From Malacoraja senta (Eukaryota), in the NCBI GenBank assembly GCA_038087875.1, contig JAXLNO010004500.1, forward strand, positions 124,001-188,000: a stretch of DNA of 64,000 bases, read 5' to 3'. Under the pieces are notes generated by a model, which worked only from the letters and a program-made list of their open reading frames with translations, had not been told where the DNA came from and searched no databases. This document shows, in pieces, positions 11,310-23,109 of the stretch. How positions within the stretch are numbered: the first letter of the stretch is position 1; each line of letters starts with the position of its first letter. The translations under genes were made by a program, and so were the position numbers.

Positions 11310-11991
11310 AGGGGCCTGTCCCACTTACGTGTCCTTGGCACGCAAATTACGCGTTGAGCCGCGATGGTCCGGCGAAGGTCGGGCGCGATTACATGCGTAC
11401 GCACAGCCGTCTGGAGCGCGTCATGTCATTTGAAGATGGACACAAAGCTGGAGTAACTCAGCGGGATCGGCAGCATCTCTGGAGAGAAGGAATGGATGAC
11501 GTTTCATGTCGAGACTCTTCTTCAGTCTGAAAAGAAGGGTCTTGACCCGAAACATCACCCATTGCTTCTCTCCAGAGTTGCTGCCGGTCCCGCTGAGTTA
11601 CTCCTGCATTTTGTGTCTATCTTCAATTTTCTTGGCCCCGCTCTGGGAGTAGAAGTGGGGGCGGATCTGGACCGCAACGGCCGTGAGACCCAGGCCGAGC
11701 TCGGCGATCGTTTGCCTGCTTCTGCTCCTGTTGAAAGTGAGACTTTGCGTCGCGCCAGGGTCTTGGGCCTGTCCCACTTTGGCCGTCAGTTCCGCGACAG
11801 GCCGTTGGCGCGCGAAGATTTCATTCACCACAAAATTTTCGGAGCCCCGTGCGTTGTCGCGCACAACCACATACCCCTCCGCGCTTCCAAGTGGGACCGA
11901 CCCCGCGCGGCCATACAATGCCCGTGAGCCTCAACGCCACCACGAGGTCGCATAATTTGTGTGCCAAGGACACGTAAGTGGGACAGGCCCT
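11310..11991. mobile_element. Non-autonomous PIF/Harbinger-type DNA transposon (MITE)
   Basis: About 40-bp TIRs (AGGGGCCTGTCCCACTTACGTGTCCTTGGCACGCAAATTA / TAATTTGTGTGCCAAGGACACGTAAGTGGGACAGGCCCT) with TAA on both flanks (11307-11309, 11992-11994). Confidence 0.8.
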
Positions 11992-12364
11992 TAAAAATAC
12001 CGAGGAAGGGTAGCGCAGCTACACATCACTGGATATCTTTAACCTGTTCAATCACTGGATATCTTTAACCTGTTCAATGCCACCACCGAGTACACTAGGG
12101 ATCATGGCCAATAGTGAAAAATAAACTTGGCTGTGAACAGCTTAATGGTCTCCATATTTTAGAGAAAGCCTTCAATGCCCATGAGGGGTGAGCCATATTA
12201 TATCTATGTTTCTCTAAATATAGGAAGCACTTTTGTGGTAAAAGATGGGGCAGCTCGGGCCTCAAAAAGATCCAACCTTATGTGCAGCTTTACATTTGTT
12301 TATATGCAATAAGCAAAAAGAACACAATAGAAGATAAAACATGACAATAACTATAAGCAAAGCC

Positions 12365-12573
12365 AAGAGATCGTGGCCTTACACGAGTTGCTGCCTTGCA
12401 GCACCAGAGACCCGGGTTTGAACCTGACTACGAGTGGTGACTGTACGGAGTTTGCATGTTCTTCCCATAACCTGTGTGGCTTTTCTCTGAGATGTAGGTA
12501 AATTGGCTTGGTATAATTGTAAATTGTCCCTAATATGGGCTGAAGGGCCTGTTTCATCACTGTATCTCCAAAG
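12365..12573 (+). mobile_element. HE1/V-SINE-like SINE interrupted in its tail by the hAT element
   Basis: The SINE body ends ...CACTGTATCTCCAAAG and the tail resumes at 16789 (CTCTAAAGCTTAAAACTAAA). Confidence 0.8.
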
Positions 12574-13799
12574 CAGTGGTCTTAACCTGGGGGTCGTGAC
12601 CCCCATGGGGGTTGTTTGGGGGGTTTCCGGGGGTCATGAAGGGGTTGTAAAGAACATCAATTTGTTGAGCCTATTTTTAGGAACCTAACAAAGGTACATA
12701 CCACACACAGTATTTTGTTCACGTATGCACTTACGTATACATAGGGCCTATGAGAGGGGGGTGCAGGCGGTACTTCGTACCCGGGCCCAGAGTCCAAAAG
12801 GGGCCCGGGAGCTGAAGGAGGGGGCGGGAATTTCGTGAAATCTCAGAAAATGTTTGCATATATTTTGTGAAGACTAGCATTCACATTTTGTGCCTTCAGA
12901 GTTTTATATATCGTAATTCGTAGAAATTGTGATCCATAATAAAGCAGGGAATTTTAACTGGCAGGTGTGTGGTCGGGGTAACCTGATTAAAAGAGGGGGA
13001 AGGGGATGGATCTTCCCTGTAGGAGGAGGGAGAGCACGAGGACCCAGCAGAGTCATCATTACTGATGGATCTTCCCTGTAGGAGAAAAGGGGGGAGAGCA
13101 CTAGGACCCAACAGTCATCACTACTGATGGGTCTTCCCTGTAGGAGGGGGGGAGCACTAGGAGCCAGCAATCAGACCATGTGCTGACTGCATGGTGGAGG
13201 TTGTGGGCCTGGTGCTGAGCCGGGAACTCTGGTGAGGTGACGGCTCTGGCCCGCTGGTGGCCGGTGGAGAGGCAAGGGTCGGCAGAGTCGCTGGTGGAGG
13301 CCCGTGGGGAGCTGGAGTAGAGATATGGGCAGCAGCATCATTGGCTTTCTGAAGACAGTGAAGGTCGGCGACAGTGGCTGCGGTGGCCTCGCCCGGGGAG
13401 GTGGTGAGAGTCAGCAGCCGCGGCTGTTTCAGTGGTCCGGACCTGGGTTTGGATCAGTGTGTGGATGGGTGGGTGTGAGTGAGTGGGTGAGGGTGTGTGT
13501 ATGTGTGTGGGTGTATGTGAGTAGGTGAGTGAGTGTGTGTCTGAGTGTATGTGTGTGTTAGTGGGAGGGTGAATTTTATAAATGAAGTTAAAACCATTAG
13601 ATCTGTTGAACTTGTTAACAGACTATTGACTTGGTAACCTGTTTTCAAATGTTTGTGTTACCTTCAGAATACTATTATCAATTCCAGCAACAGTAGCTTC
13701 TGCAGAGGTCATTTAGCAAACTCAAGCTGATTGAGAATTATTTAAGGTCGACAATGTCTCAAGAAAGTCTTGTGGATTTGGCCAGGCTAAGTATTCAAA

Positions 13800-14270
13800 G
13801 TCAGTTTTATTCATCACATACACCCGAAGGTGCAGTGAAATGAATTTGCCAGCAGTGATACACGTAAAAAGAACACACAATACACAATAAAATTGAACAC
13901 AAACATCCACTACAGCATTCTTCACTGTGTGGAAGGCAACAAGTTTCAGCAAGTCCTCCTCCTTTGTTCACCCGTGTTCGAGGCCATAACCCCTCCGTAG
14001 TCGCCGCTAGGGACGGCCCGATGTACAAGGCCCTCTCGTTGGGATGATCCAAACTCCGACGTTGGGACGGACAAACACACACTGCGGCTTGGAGGTCCCG
14101 ACTCGGCAATTTCCTACTGGAGACTGCAGCTTCAGGATGTTATAGGCCGCAGGCCAGCGGTTCGAGTTCATCTCTGGTGATCCCCGGCGAGGGATCCCAG
14201 ACTCCGGATGGTAAGTCCACGCCACGCCCGCGGCTAGAAGCTCCGCAGACCACAGCTCCACGGTGTCAAC
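13800..14270 (-). mobile_element. GC-rich non-coding element with a Rex1/L2-type tail
   Basis: TTTATT...CAGTGAAA tail followed by CpG-rich modules containing GATGGTAAGTCC; related to 16885-17620 and 23110-23600. Confidence 0.55.
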
Positions 14271-14890
14271 GTATTGAATCAATAGTATTGAATCATACAT
14301 TGCCAGAACAATACATTTTCATGCTGTGATTTGACATTTTTCACAATAAAAGGCCAGGAAAGCTCTTTATATAAAGTAAATTTATATAATAAAAGTAAAT
14401 CTTTTACTTTTTACTAATAATTATGTCTTTTGATGATATGAACTGCATTGAAACATAAAAGGATGTTTCAATGTGAATTCTTTCTCCTTATCTGTATTCT
14501 AGCATAAACAAAGATGTTCAAAACAAAGGTAGATAAAATGCTGGAGAAACTCAACGGGTGAGTCCGCATCTATAGAGGGAAGGAAAACAAATGTGCGTTC
14601 TGATCCTTTTATTTTCTTTATACTTATTTATATTTATCATGGAGGGTGTATAGGGACATAAGGCCTCAAATGCAGAAAATCAACAGAGCGCCCCATTCCA
14701 CCCCTCTCTCAATTTCCATACCCCTTTTTGCCGTCCAGGCCACAGCTCATGGCATAAAACTGTAGCATAGTGGATAAAAACAGGATGACTAATGGAGAAG
14801 GGAAGGGGGCCCAAAAGAAACTTTGTACCCACTGATAAAATTCCTCTCAGGCCCTGCGTATACACGCACAAACAGTGTGTGTTGTGAACC

Positions 14891-16664
14891 ATGTCTTCCA
14901 AGACGCGCACGTATAGTGAAACATTTCACAAGTTGGGCTTCACAAGCATTGTTCCAAATCCGTGGTCAAGCCGCAATGTGTTCTCTGTGCCAAGGTTTTG
15001 AGTCACGAGAGCATGAAGCCCAGCAAACTGAAGATCCATTTGGAGTCTTGTCACAGTAACCTGGCGGGAGATGGCGTGGACTATTTCAAACGAAAAGAAG
15101 CCATACTCAAGGGATCCCACATCTATTCAACGGGTCACTCGCTCATCAAAATGAAGCAGCGTTGGAGGCTTCATACTAGATTGCTTATCGAATTCGCACA
15201 GACAAAGAAACCTCACAGCATCGGTGAAGAGCTTATCAAGCCACGCCTTCTCGAAACAGCGAAGTTGGTGCTGGGAGAAGAGCAGTCAAACAAGTTCAGG
15301 CAGATTTCCCTTTTGAATGACGGAGCCAAAAGTAGAATCTCGGATATGAGTAATGATATTCTGCTGCAAGTAGTGAGGGCTGTGACGAGAAGTCCAGTGT
15401 ATTCACTGCAACTGGGCGAGTCAACAGATGTTGCCTCATGTTCCCAACTGCTAGTCTACGTTTGTTACCTCAATGGAAAAGCCATGACGGAGGAGGAGGA
15501 GTACCTGTTCTCGGAGCCATTGGCTACTACCACTCGGGGAGAAGATGTGTTCAGAATGCTGGAAGCCTTCCTCATCAAACATGAGCTTGGCTGGAAATGC
15601 CTTGTCGGGATGTGTACAGATGGGGCACCTTCCATGGGCGGTTGCAGATCCGGTTTCCAAGCCTTCGTGAATGATGTCGCTCCACATGTCTCCTTCCCCC
15701 ACTGCATGATACATCGCCATGCTTTAGCGATGAAGACTCTCCCTCTTGGTCTTCGAGAAGTGCTTTCAGATGTGGTGAAGATTGTGAACCACATCCGAGA
15801 GTATGCAAAAAACTCAAGAATCTTCAAAGCGATGTGTGAAGAAATGGGCGCCAATTTCACTATTCTGTTATTCCACACAGAGGTGCGCTGGCTTTTGCGT
15901 GGTAAAGTTCTCAATCATGTGATTCAACATCGAGAGGAAATAGCGTTGTTCTGGGAGAGAAGGGGTGCTGAGAAGGAGAATCAGCTTCATGAAAAGATGC
16001 AGGTTGAACTGTTCATGATGAAGGTTGCTTACTTGGCTGACTTCTTCGCCGAGGTGAATTCCTTGAACCTGTCACTTCAAGGAAACCTCCCAATGGCAAA
16101 GTGGCAGCATTCAGGAGGAACCATTACCAGAGAAGAGTCCAGGACGGTGACTCGACTATCTTCCCTGAGATGACGACTCTCCTGGATGCTACGCCTGATG
16201 CTGAATGCCACTTCCATGAGGAGATCTCAACCCACCTTCTGGCAATTAGTGAAGCCATCGAACGTTACTTCCCCGGACTGGACGACCGCTCTCGTGATCA
16301 GTGGATCTTCTGACCCTTTTCCGTTGAAGGCGGTGCCATCAGCGATACTGACGTGACTGCGAAGGTTGAATTTTACCGAATTCGTGAAGATGCGCAACTC
16401 AAGAGTGACTTCATGGAACAAGAGCTCGCCACGTTTTGGCTGAAAGTGAAGGACTGTCCTGCACTTTCGAAGAGGGCCCTGACCCTATTGGTCCTGTCCC
16501 CCTCAACCTCTCACTGTGAGGGTGGATTCTCAACTATGGTAACTCTGAAAACGAAGGTACGCAATAGGCTTGTGATCGACACTGACATGAGATGCTGCCT
16601 GTCGAGCATTCGTGCTCGTTTTGATTGCCTGATGACTGCGAAGCAATTTCAGCCATCCCATTGA
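14891..16664 (+). pseudogene. hAT transposase pseudogene (ZBED5/ZBED8/SCAND3-like)
   Basis: BED finger KPQCVLC...LKIH.ESCH, LGESTD (first catalytic D appears changed to G), [27 protein letters not shown] and a terminal QPSH*. Frameshifts and an in-frame stop near 16311. Confidence 0.9.
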
Positions 16665-16884
16665 CTGAGCATTGGCAGACATGTTTTAATAAATCGGGCT
16701 GTTTTTTTCCAAATTTTGTTTCAGAGGTCATGGTACTGATCAAGAATGCCTGATGGGGTCGTGGGGCCAAAAAGATTAAGAACAACTGCTCTAAAGCTTA
16801 AAACTAAAGGGGCTAATAAAGGCCACAAAGTGGCTTTAGTGAGTCGGATTACAGAAAATCCCACATCTTTTTCAAGGTTTCATG

Positions 16885-17620
16885 GTTAGTTTATTGTCAC
16901 ATATACCAATTAAGGTACATTGAAATGCAGACTACCATACACCATAGTAAAAAAAGCAACAAGACACACAATAACATAAAAGTTAACATAAACATCCACA
17001 ACAGAGGAGCCCGCACGTTCCTCACTGTGATGGAAGGCAATAAAGTCCAATCTCCTTCCTCTTTATCTCCTGCGGTCGGGGCAGTCAAACAATCTGCAGT
17101 CGGTGGTCGAAACCCCCATTGGGGAATTGAAACTCCCGCATCGGAGCGGTCGGAGCGGTCGAAACTCCTGCGGCTTGGAGGTCCCGGATGTTGGTCTCGA
17201 CCGGGGACCGCGGGCTCCGCGATGTTAAAGTCTTGCAGGCTCTCACAGTTGGAGCCCTAAAGTCGATCCCCGACAGGGATCGCGAGCTCCATGATGGTAA
17301 TCCACAGGCTCCTGCGATGGATCTCCCGGTCGATCTCTAGCAAAGGCCGCCATTCCTCAATGTTAGGCCGCATTGTGGACGGAGATACGATACAGAAAAT
17401 ATCGCATCAACGTCGAGGTAAGAGATTAGGAAAAGTTTCCCACAACTCCCCCACCCCCCCCCAAAAACAAGCAAAAGAACACTAAAGAATATACATTTAA
17501 CACATACAAAATGGACACAAAGAAGGAAGGGACAGACATACTGTTGGCGAGGCAACCATTGCAGCAAAAGGTGGATTGCTTAAGGATATAGAAGGGAATA
17601 TGTGCTTGGAGTTTGTGGAT
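16885..17620 (-). mobile_element. GC-rich non-coding element with a Rex1/L2-type tail
   Basis: GTTTATTGTCACAT tail, CTCACTGTGATGGAAGGC block and CpG-rich body; same family as 13800-14270. Confidence 0.55.
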
Positions 17621-17639
17621 ATAGGCGAAGTTTGATTTC

Positions 17640-18483
17640 ACCAAGGAAGACATGGAGAATAGTAAGGACTATTAATAGTACGTACATCATAAAATCCTCC
17701 ATCATTTTTGCCACCTCCAACGGGATCCCACTACTGATCACATCTTCCCATCTCCACCCCTTTCTGCTTTCCGCAGAGACCGTTCCCTCCAAAACGCCCT
17801 GGCCAACTCGTCCCTTCACACCCAAACCACCCGCTCCCCGGCTACTTTCCCCTGCAACCGCAGGAGATGCAACACCTGTCCCTTTACGTCCCCCCTCGAC
17901 TCCGTCCAAGGACCAAAAGTCTTTCCAGGTGAGGCAGAAGTTCACTTGCACCTCTTCCAACCTCATCTACTGTATCCGCTGTTTCAGTTGTCAACTTCTC
18001 TACATCAGTGAGACCAAGCGCAGGCTCGGCGATCGTTTTGCTGAACACTTCCCCTCAGTCCGTCTTACCCTACCCGATCTCCCGGTGGCTCAGCACTTCA
18101 ACTCCCCCTCCCATTCCCAATCTGACCTTTCTGTCCTGGGCCTCCTCCATTGTCAGAGTGTGGCCCAGCACAAATTGGAGGAACAGCACCTCATATTTCG
18201 CTTGGGTAATTTATACTCCAGCGGTATGAACATTGACTTCTATAACTTTCGATAGCCCTTGATTTCTCTCTCCATCCCCTCCCCCTTCCCAATTCTCCCA
18301 CCAGTCTTACTGTCTCCGCCGACAATCTATCTTTGTCCCTCCCCTGACATCAGTATGAAGAAGGGTCTCGACCCAAAACGATGCCCATTCCATCTCTCCA
18401 GGGAAGCTGCCTGACCCGCTGAGTTACGCCAGCATTTTGTGTCTCTCTTCGATTTTAACATCTGCAGCATCTGCAGTTCTTTC
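17640..18483 (+). mobile_element. Penelope-like element 3' part (GIY-YIG endonuclease plus terminal repeat)
   Basis: FQVRQKFTCTSSNLIYCIRC.SCQLLYI.ETKRRLGDRFAEH...LEEQHLIFRLG...GMNIDF.NFR*, followed by the terminal repeat with GAAGAAGGGTCTCGACCC. Confidence 0.9.
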
Positions 18484-18599
18484 TTACACATGGAGAATCA
18501 ATGTGGAGAATGCTAACATGCAGGGACACTTTGAAGTTAAGCAAGAAGGAGATGTTGGATCACTTGAAGAGAAATGTGGATAAATCCTCAGGACAGAGG

Positions 18600-18975
18600 G
18601 GTGTAGTGGATGATAATAATAATCGTTGAAAATATTGGTGCCGTGCTGGTTTCCGACGGGCACGGTGACGGATGCACCACACATCTCTCCTTCATGCAAC
18701 TGGCAAGCGCCTCTTTTATCTCTACACATGCGTCTTCCATCAACGTCTTCAGCCTCATCTTGATTGGCCGTCCTGGGTCAAGTCTTCCATGGGTGGGTTC
18801 CCACAGCACAACCTTGTTTGCTGGCATTTCTGGGTAATGGAGCCAGTGACCTGCGAGCCTCATCCTTCTCAACGTGATCTTCTCGGTCAGAGGTGGATTC
18901 TCCCCATAGAGCTGGGCGTTGGTGATGTGGTCCCTCCATCTGACATTTTGAACTTTTCCGAGCATTCGGGTTAAG
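18600..18975 (-). mobile_element. RTE-clade LINE 3' fragment
   Basis: NVRWRDHITNAQLYG...RRMRLAGH...VLWEPTHGR..GRP, the typical RTE ORF C-terminus, with a (TTA/TCA)n-like tail. Confidence 0.8.
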
Positions 18976-19223
18976 GTACCATCAAGAGACTAGGACAGTG
19001 CTGGAGTGAGAGTCCATGCATCACACCCATACAATAATATGGTCTCTACAGTTGTACGGAAGGCCAAATATTCAGGCTGTAGTTCAGTGACAAATAGAGT
19101 TCTGCAGGGATCTGTGCTGTGACCCTTGCTACATGTGACATATATAAATAACTTGGACCCTGGTGTTCAGAAATTACCCAGTCATAACAATTAATCAAAT
19201 AATGATTATTATTTTTCTTTCAG

Positions 19224-19499
19224 ATTATCACTACGTTCAAGGACAGTTTGGTTGTGAGGTGAACGATCACAGTCCCACTGTAGGGATATTGAAGTTGGTT
19301 TTTGATGGAAGATATGCATTTAGTTTTGATAAGGACAAACTAAAGTGGACGGTGCATGATCCAATAGCTGAGCCCTTCAAAGAGAAATGGGACAAGAATG
19401 AAAAAATGAACCGTTATTTCAAGAGCTTGTTAGAACATGACTGTGTGGATCTATGGCTTACATACTATGCAATTGGAAAGACATACCTGACCAGAAAAG
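19224..19499 (+). CDS. MHC class I-like heavy chain, alpha2 exon
   Basis: 276-bp phase1/phase1 exon (ttttctttcag|AT...G|gtgagt) encoding YHYVQGQFGCEV...FDGR...KWT...KEKWD...LEHDCVD...TYYAIGKTYLTRK, with the C101-C164 pair, K146, W147 and Y171. Confidence 0.95.
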
Positions 19500-19824
19500 G
19501 TGAGTTCAGAACAAAGGATGTTGTTTTGTGATGGTAGGCAATGAGTAATATTTCACTCTGAGGCAATGAGTAATATTATCTCTGACCCAATCATGACAGA
19601 GGGAAAGGTCATTCGGCCCATTGATTCAATGCTAGTTTTCTATGCAATGTCGACAAACTGTTCCACAGCTCTCTCTCACAACTTGCACTCAGCTCCCTCG
19701 GATTCTCCTTACATTCAGCTCCACGACGGATAATTTGCAATGTCCAACTTACTCACTGGCACGTCTTTGGTATATGGGACAAAACTGGAGCACATGGAGG
19801 AAGCCAACAGAGTCATAAGGTCAT

Positions 19825-21782
19825 AAGTGATGGGTGCAGCATTAGAACATTCGGCCCATCAAGTCGACTTCGCCAGTCAATCATGGCTGATCTATCTCTC
19901 CCTCCTAACCCCATTCTCCTGCCTTCTCCCCATAACCCCTGACGTGCATACTAATCAAGAATTCAAAATATCCATTGACGGACTCCACAGCCTTCTGTGG
20001 CAAATAATTCCACAGAATCACCACCCTCTGACAAAATAAATTCCTCCTCATCTCTTTCCTAAAGGAATGTCTTTTAATATTGAGACTATGACCTCTAGTC
20101 GTAGACTCTCCCACCATTGGAGACATCCTCTCCACATCCACATCTATCCAAGCCTTTCACTATTTTTTTTATTTTTTTAAAATATTTTTATTAGAAGCAT
20201 GTACATATCATAATACAAACATTTCTTATATATCAATCCTACTTTGCTAATAGGTGGGAGTCCAGCTATCAAAATAATAGTGGTCCTCCTTTATCAATTG
20301 TATATTAAATCTGTTTCTATTTAGTTTTTTTTTATAGATAGAAAGTGAGAAATTTAAAAGCATGATAAAGAAGAATGGAATAATTTACCAATAATACAAC
20401 TTTGGAGATAGGTCCGTAGGTTATAAAGCATAACTATTCATCTAATCCTGAGCTTGGATTTCAGTCAGATTCCCATGCTGAACCAATTTACCCTTTCAAA
20501 AAATCAATAAATGGAGACCATATTCTATTAAATAATTCATGTTTGTCAATTAAGACAAGTCTACTTCTTTCCAAATGTAAGGTCTCTGACATTTCCATAA
20601 TCCACATTTTAATTGTGGGGTTTATAGGACCTTTCCAAAATTTTAATATTAATTTTTACCCAATTATTATACTATAATCAAGAAAGCTTCTTTGGTTTAT
20701 TGTAAGTCTTAGGCTTTGTTCTGATATTCCTAATATTATTAGTTTTGAGTCGGGATCCAATTGGGTATTGATTACTTCAGAAATTATTCTGAAAATGTCC
20801 TTCCAGAAATTTTTGATTTTTATACAATTTACAAAGTTAGCCTCTAAATGCTGGCATTTATCACAAATAGGAGAGATAAGTGGGAAGATTCTATTTAATT
20901 TTGTTTAAGAATAATGTAATCTATGTAATACTTTAAATTGTATTAAGCATGTCTGGCATTTAACGAGCATTGATGTATATATTGTAGACTTTCGTCCCAA
21001 ATATCTTTCGTTATGGGTTGGCCTAATTCATTTTCCCATGTGTGTCTATATAAATCCGTCGGCGAGACCTCGCTATCTAAGAGGGTATTATAAATATGAG
21101 ATATTAATTTTTCTGTATTAGAATGTTTATTCAAACATTCATCAAGGATTTCTGGTTCCCTAGTTCTGTAATCTTGTGTATTTGATTTAATGTAATCTTT
21201 AAGTTGTAAATATCTGAAAAAGTTATTTGAGTGTAGTCCGTAAATCTGTTGTAACTCCTGAAATGAAAGAAAAGTGCCTTTCCTATAAAGATGACCCATC
21301 TTTTTAATTCCATAATTTTTCCATTGTGTAAAGCCTTTATCCAACATGGAGGGTTTGAATAAAGGGTTGTTTATAATGGGGAGACAGAGTGATAAATTAT
21401 CCAATTTTAAAGTCTTTTTTAATTGTTTCCAAATTCGTATATCACTATATATTATAGGGTTTTCACTATAGGTTTTTTAATGCAATTTTGTGGGAGCAAA
21501 CATAATCGAACGAATTTCAAAAGGCAAACAGTCTTTCACTATTTTGTATGATTCAATGAGGTCCCCCCTTATGCTTCTATACTCCAGCAAGTACAGGCCT
21601 ACTGCTATCAAATGGTCATTATATGTTAACCCATTCATTCCTGGGATCATTCATGGACACCTCCTCTGGACCCTCTCCAGAGCCAGCACATCCTTCCTCA
21701 GATATGGTGCCCAAAATTGCTCACAATGCTCCAAATGTGGCCTGACCGGCGCCTTATAGAACCTCAGCATTACATCCCTGTT
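19825..21782 (-). mobile_element. CR1 LINE 3' fragment interrupted by an L1 insertion
   Basis: CR1 tail at 19825-20165 continues at 21533-21782. Confidence 0.8.
20166..21532 (-). mobile_element. 5'-truncated L1 (ORF2 3' end plus poly-A)
   Basis: PIINNPLF...FLSFQELQ...FFRYLQLKDY, poly-A at about 20165, and a 12-bp TSD CTTTCACTATTT at 20154-20165 and 21533-21544. Confidence 0.85.
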
Positions 21783-22104
21783 TGACAGGGAGAAAGTGTA
21801 ATTGATTTATTTCATATTAGTTAACCATGGATTTTCTTGACCACAGTGGACAGCCCCTAATGGGATTGCATGTCTATCACACATCTCAAAAGAGCACAGC
21901 GTTAAGCTTCGAAGGGCAAAATTTACACGAGATGTGCAGGTCAAGTGTTTTTTTGCACAGAGAGAGCTTGATACATAGAATGCGCTACCAGGAGTGGTGG
22001 TAGAGGAGGACATGATAATGGTGCTTAAGAAGGTTTTGGACAGGCTCGTGAATGTGCAGGGAATACAAGGATATGGATCACATGCAGGCAGTGGAAATCC
22101 GTTT

Positions 22105-22395
22105 TGGTTTAGTTTAGAGATAGAGTATGGAAACAGGCTCTTTGGGCCACTGAGTCTGCACTGACCAGCAATTGCCCATTCACTATTTTTGTCCTACAAG
22201 CTAAGGACAATTTACAGGAGCCAATTAACCTACAAACCTGCACGTCTTTTGTATTTGGGAGGAAACCGGAGCCCCCAGAGAAAACCCACAGGGTGACAGA
22301 GGGAACGTACAAACTCCGTCCAGACAGCACTCTAGTCAGGATCGAACCCGGGTCTCTAATGCTGTAAGACAGCCACTCTATCAATGTGCCACGGT
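22105..22395 (-). mobile_element. HE1/V-SINE-like SINE
   Basis: Same head, core and tail, reverse orientation. Confidence 0.85.
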
Positions 22396-23109
22396 TTTGC
22401 CTCAGTTTAACTTGGTATCCTGTTCCACATGGACATTGCAGGCTGAAAGTCCTGTTCTTGTACTGTTCTATGTTCTATATATTCTCATTGGACAGGGCAG
22501 GGATATGTTTTCCACTCCTCCAGCCTCCATGTTGAATACTTACTCCCAGTTTAAATCTGATTCAATTAGTCAATCCATTTCTCCCTCCCCTCCTGCCCTG
22601 ATCCCCATTCTATATCTTGAAGTAGTCATTCCCTTTTTCGCTCCCTGGTCTGTCTACTATTCCCACAACTTTCCTCTACTTTCCTGTCTTGGTGCATGCA
22701 ACATCTATCCATTTACCTCTTCCCTTCCCACTGTCCATAGACCCAGGCAGTTCTTCAAAGTGAAACAGCTTGAAACACTTGGACTTCCAGTCAAATCTAC
22801 TGCATATGGTTTTCATGACGTAATCTTCCACATTGCATCAATGAAACAAATAGAATGGCTGCTTTCTGGAGAACCTGCATTCAATCCATGGGACTTTCTA
22901 AGATTCCTAATTCCTGCCACTTTAATTCTCCATTCAACTCCCACCATGATCCATCCATCTGTACCTCTTACACTAGGATAACAAGGGTGAAAGTAGCCTT
23001 GAGGACCAACAACTCAGCTTCTGCCTTGACATGTTGCAGCCTTTCACACTCAATTCCACATTCAACGAGTTGTATTCCCTGTCAATAAAAGAACTGGTCA
23101 TTTCATAAG

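Larger units (their letters stand above)
12574..16788 (+). mobile_element. hAT (Charlie/Buster-like) DNA transposon with nested insertions
   Basis: TIRs CAGTGGTCTTAACC / GATTAAGAACAACTG, an 8-bp TSD CTCCAAAG (12566-12573) / CTCTAAAG (16789-16796), and an internal transposase. Confidence 0.9.

Noticed and set aside
11496-11955. Several overlapping GC-rich ORFs
   Set aside because: They lie within the non-autonomous MITE; high GC content explains the lack of stops and no transposase motifs are present.
12025-12076. Perfect 26-bp direct duplication (similar ones near 19535-19585 and 60698-60762)
   Set aside because: Ordinary local slippage duplications with no further structure.
14962-16173. 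403-aa ORF as a domesticated ZBED/SCAND-type host gene
   Set aside because: It lies between TIRs with a TSD, has frameshifts, a stop and an apparently mutated catalytic Asp, so it is a decayed transposon.
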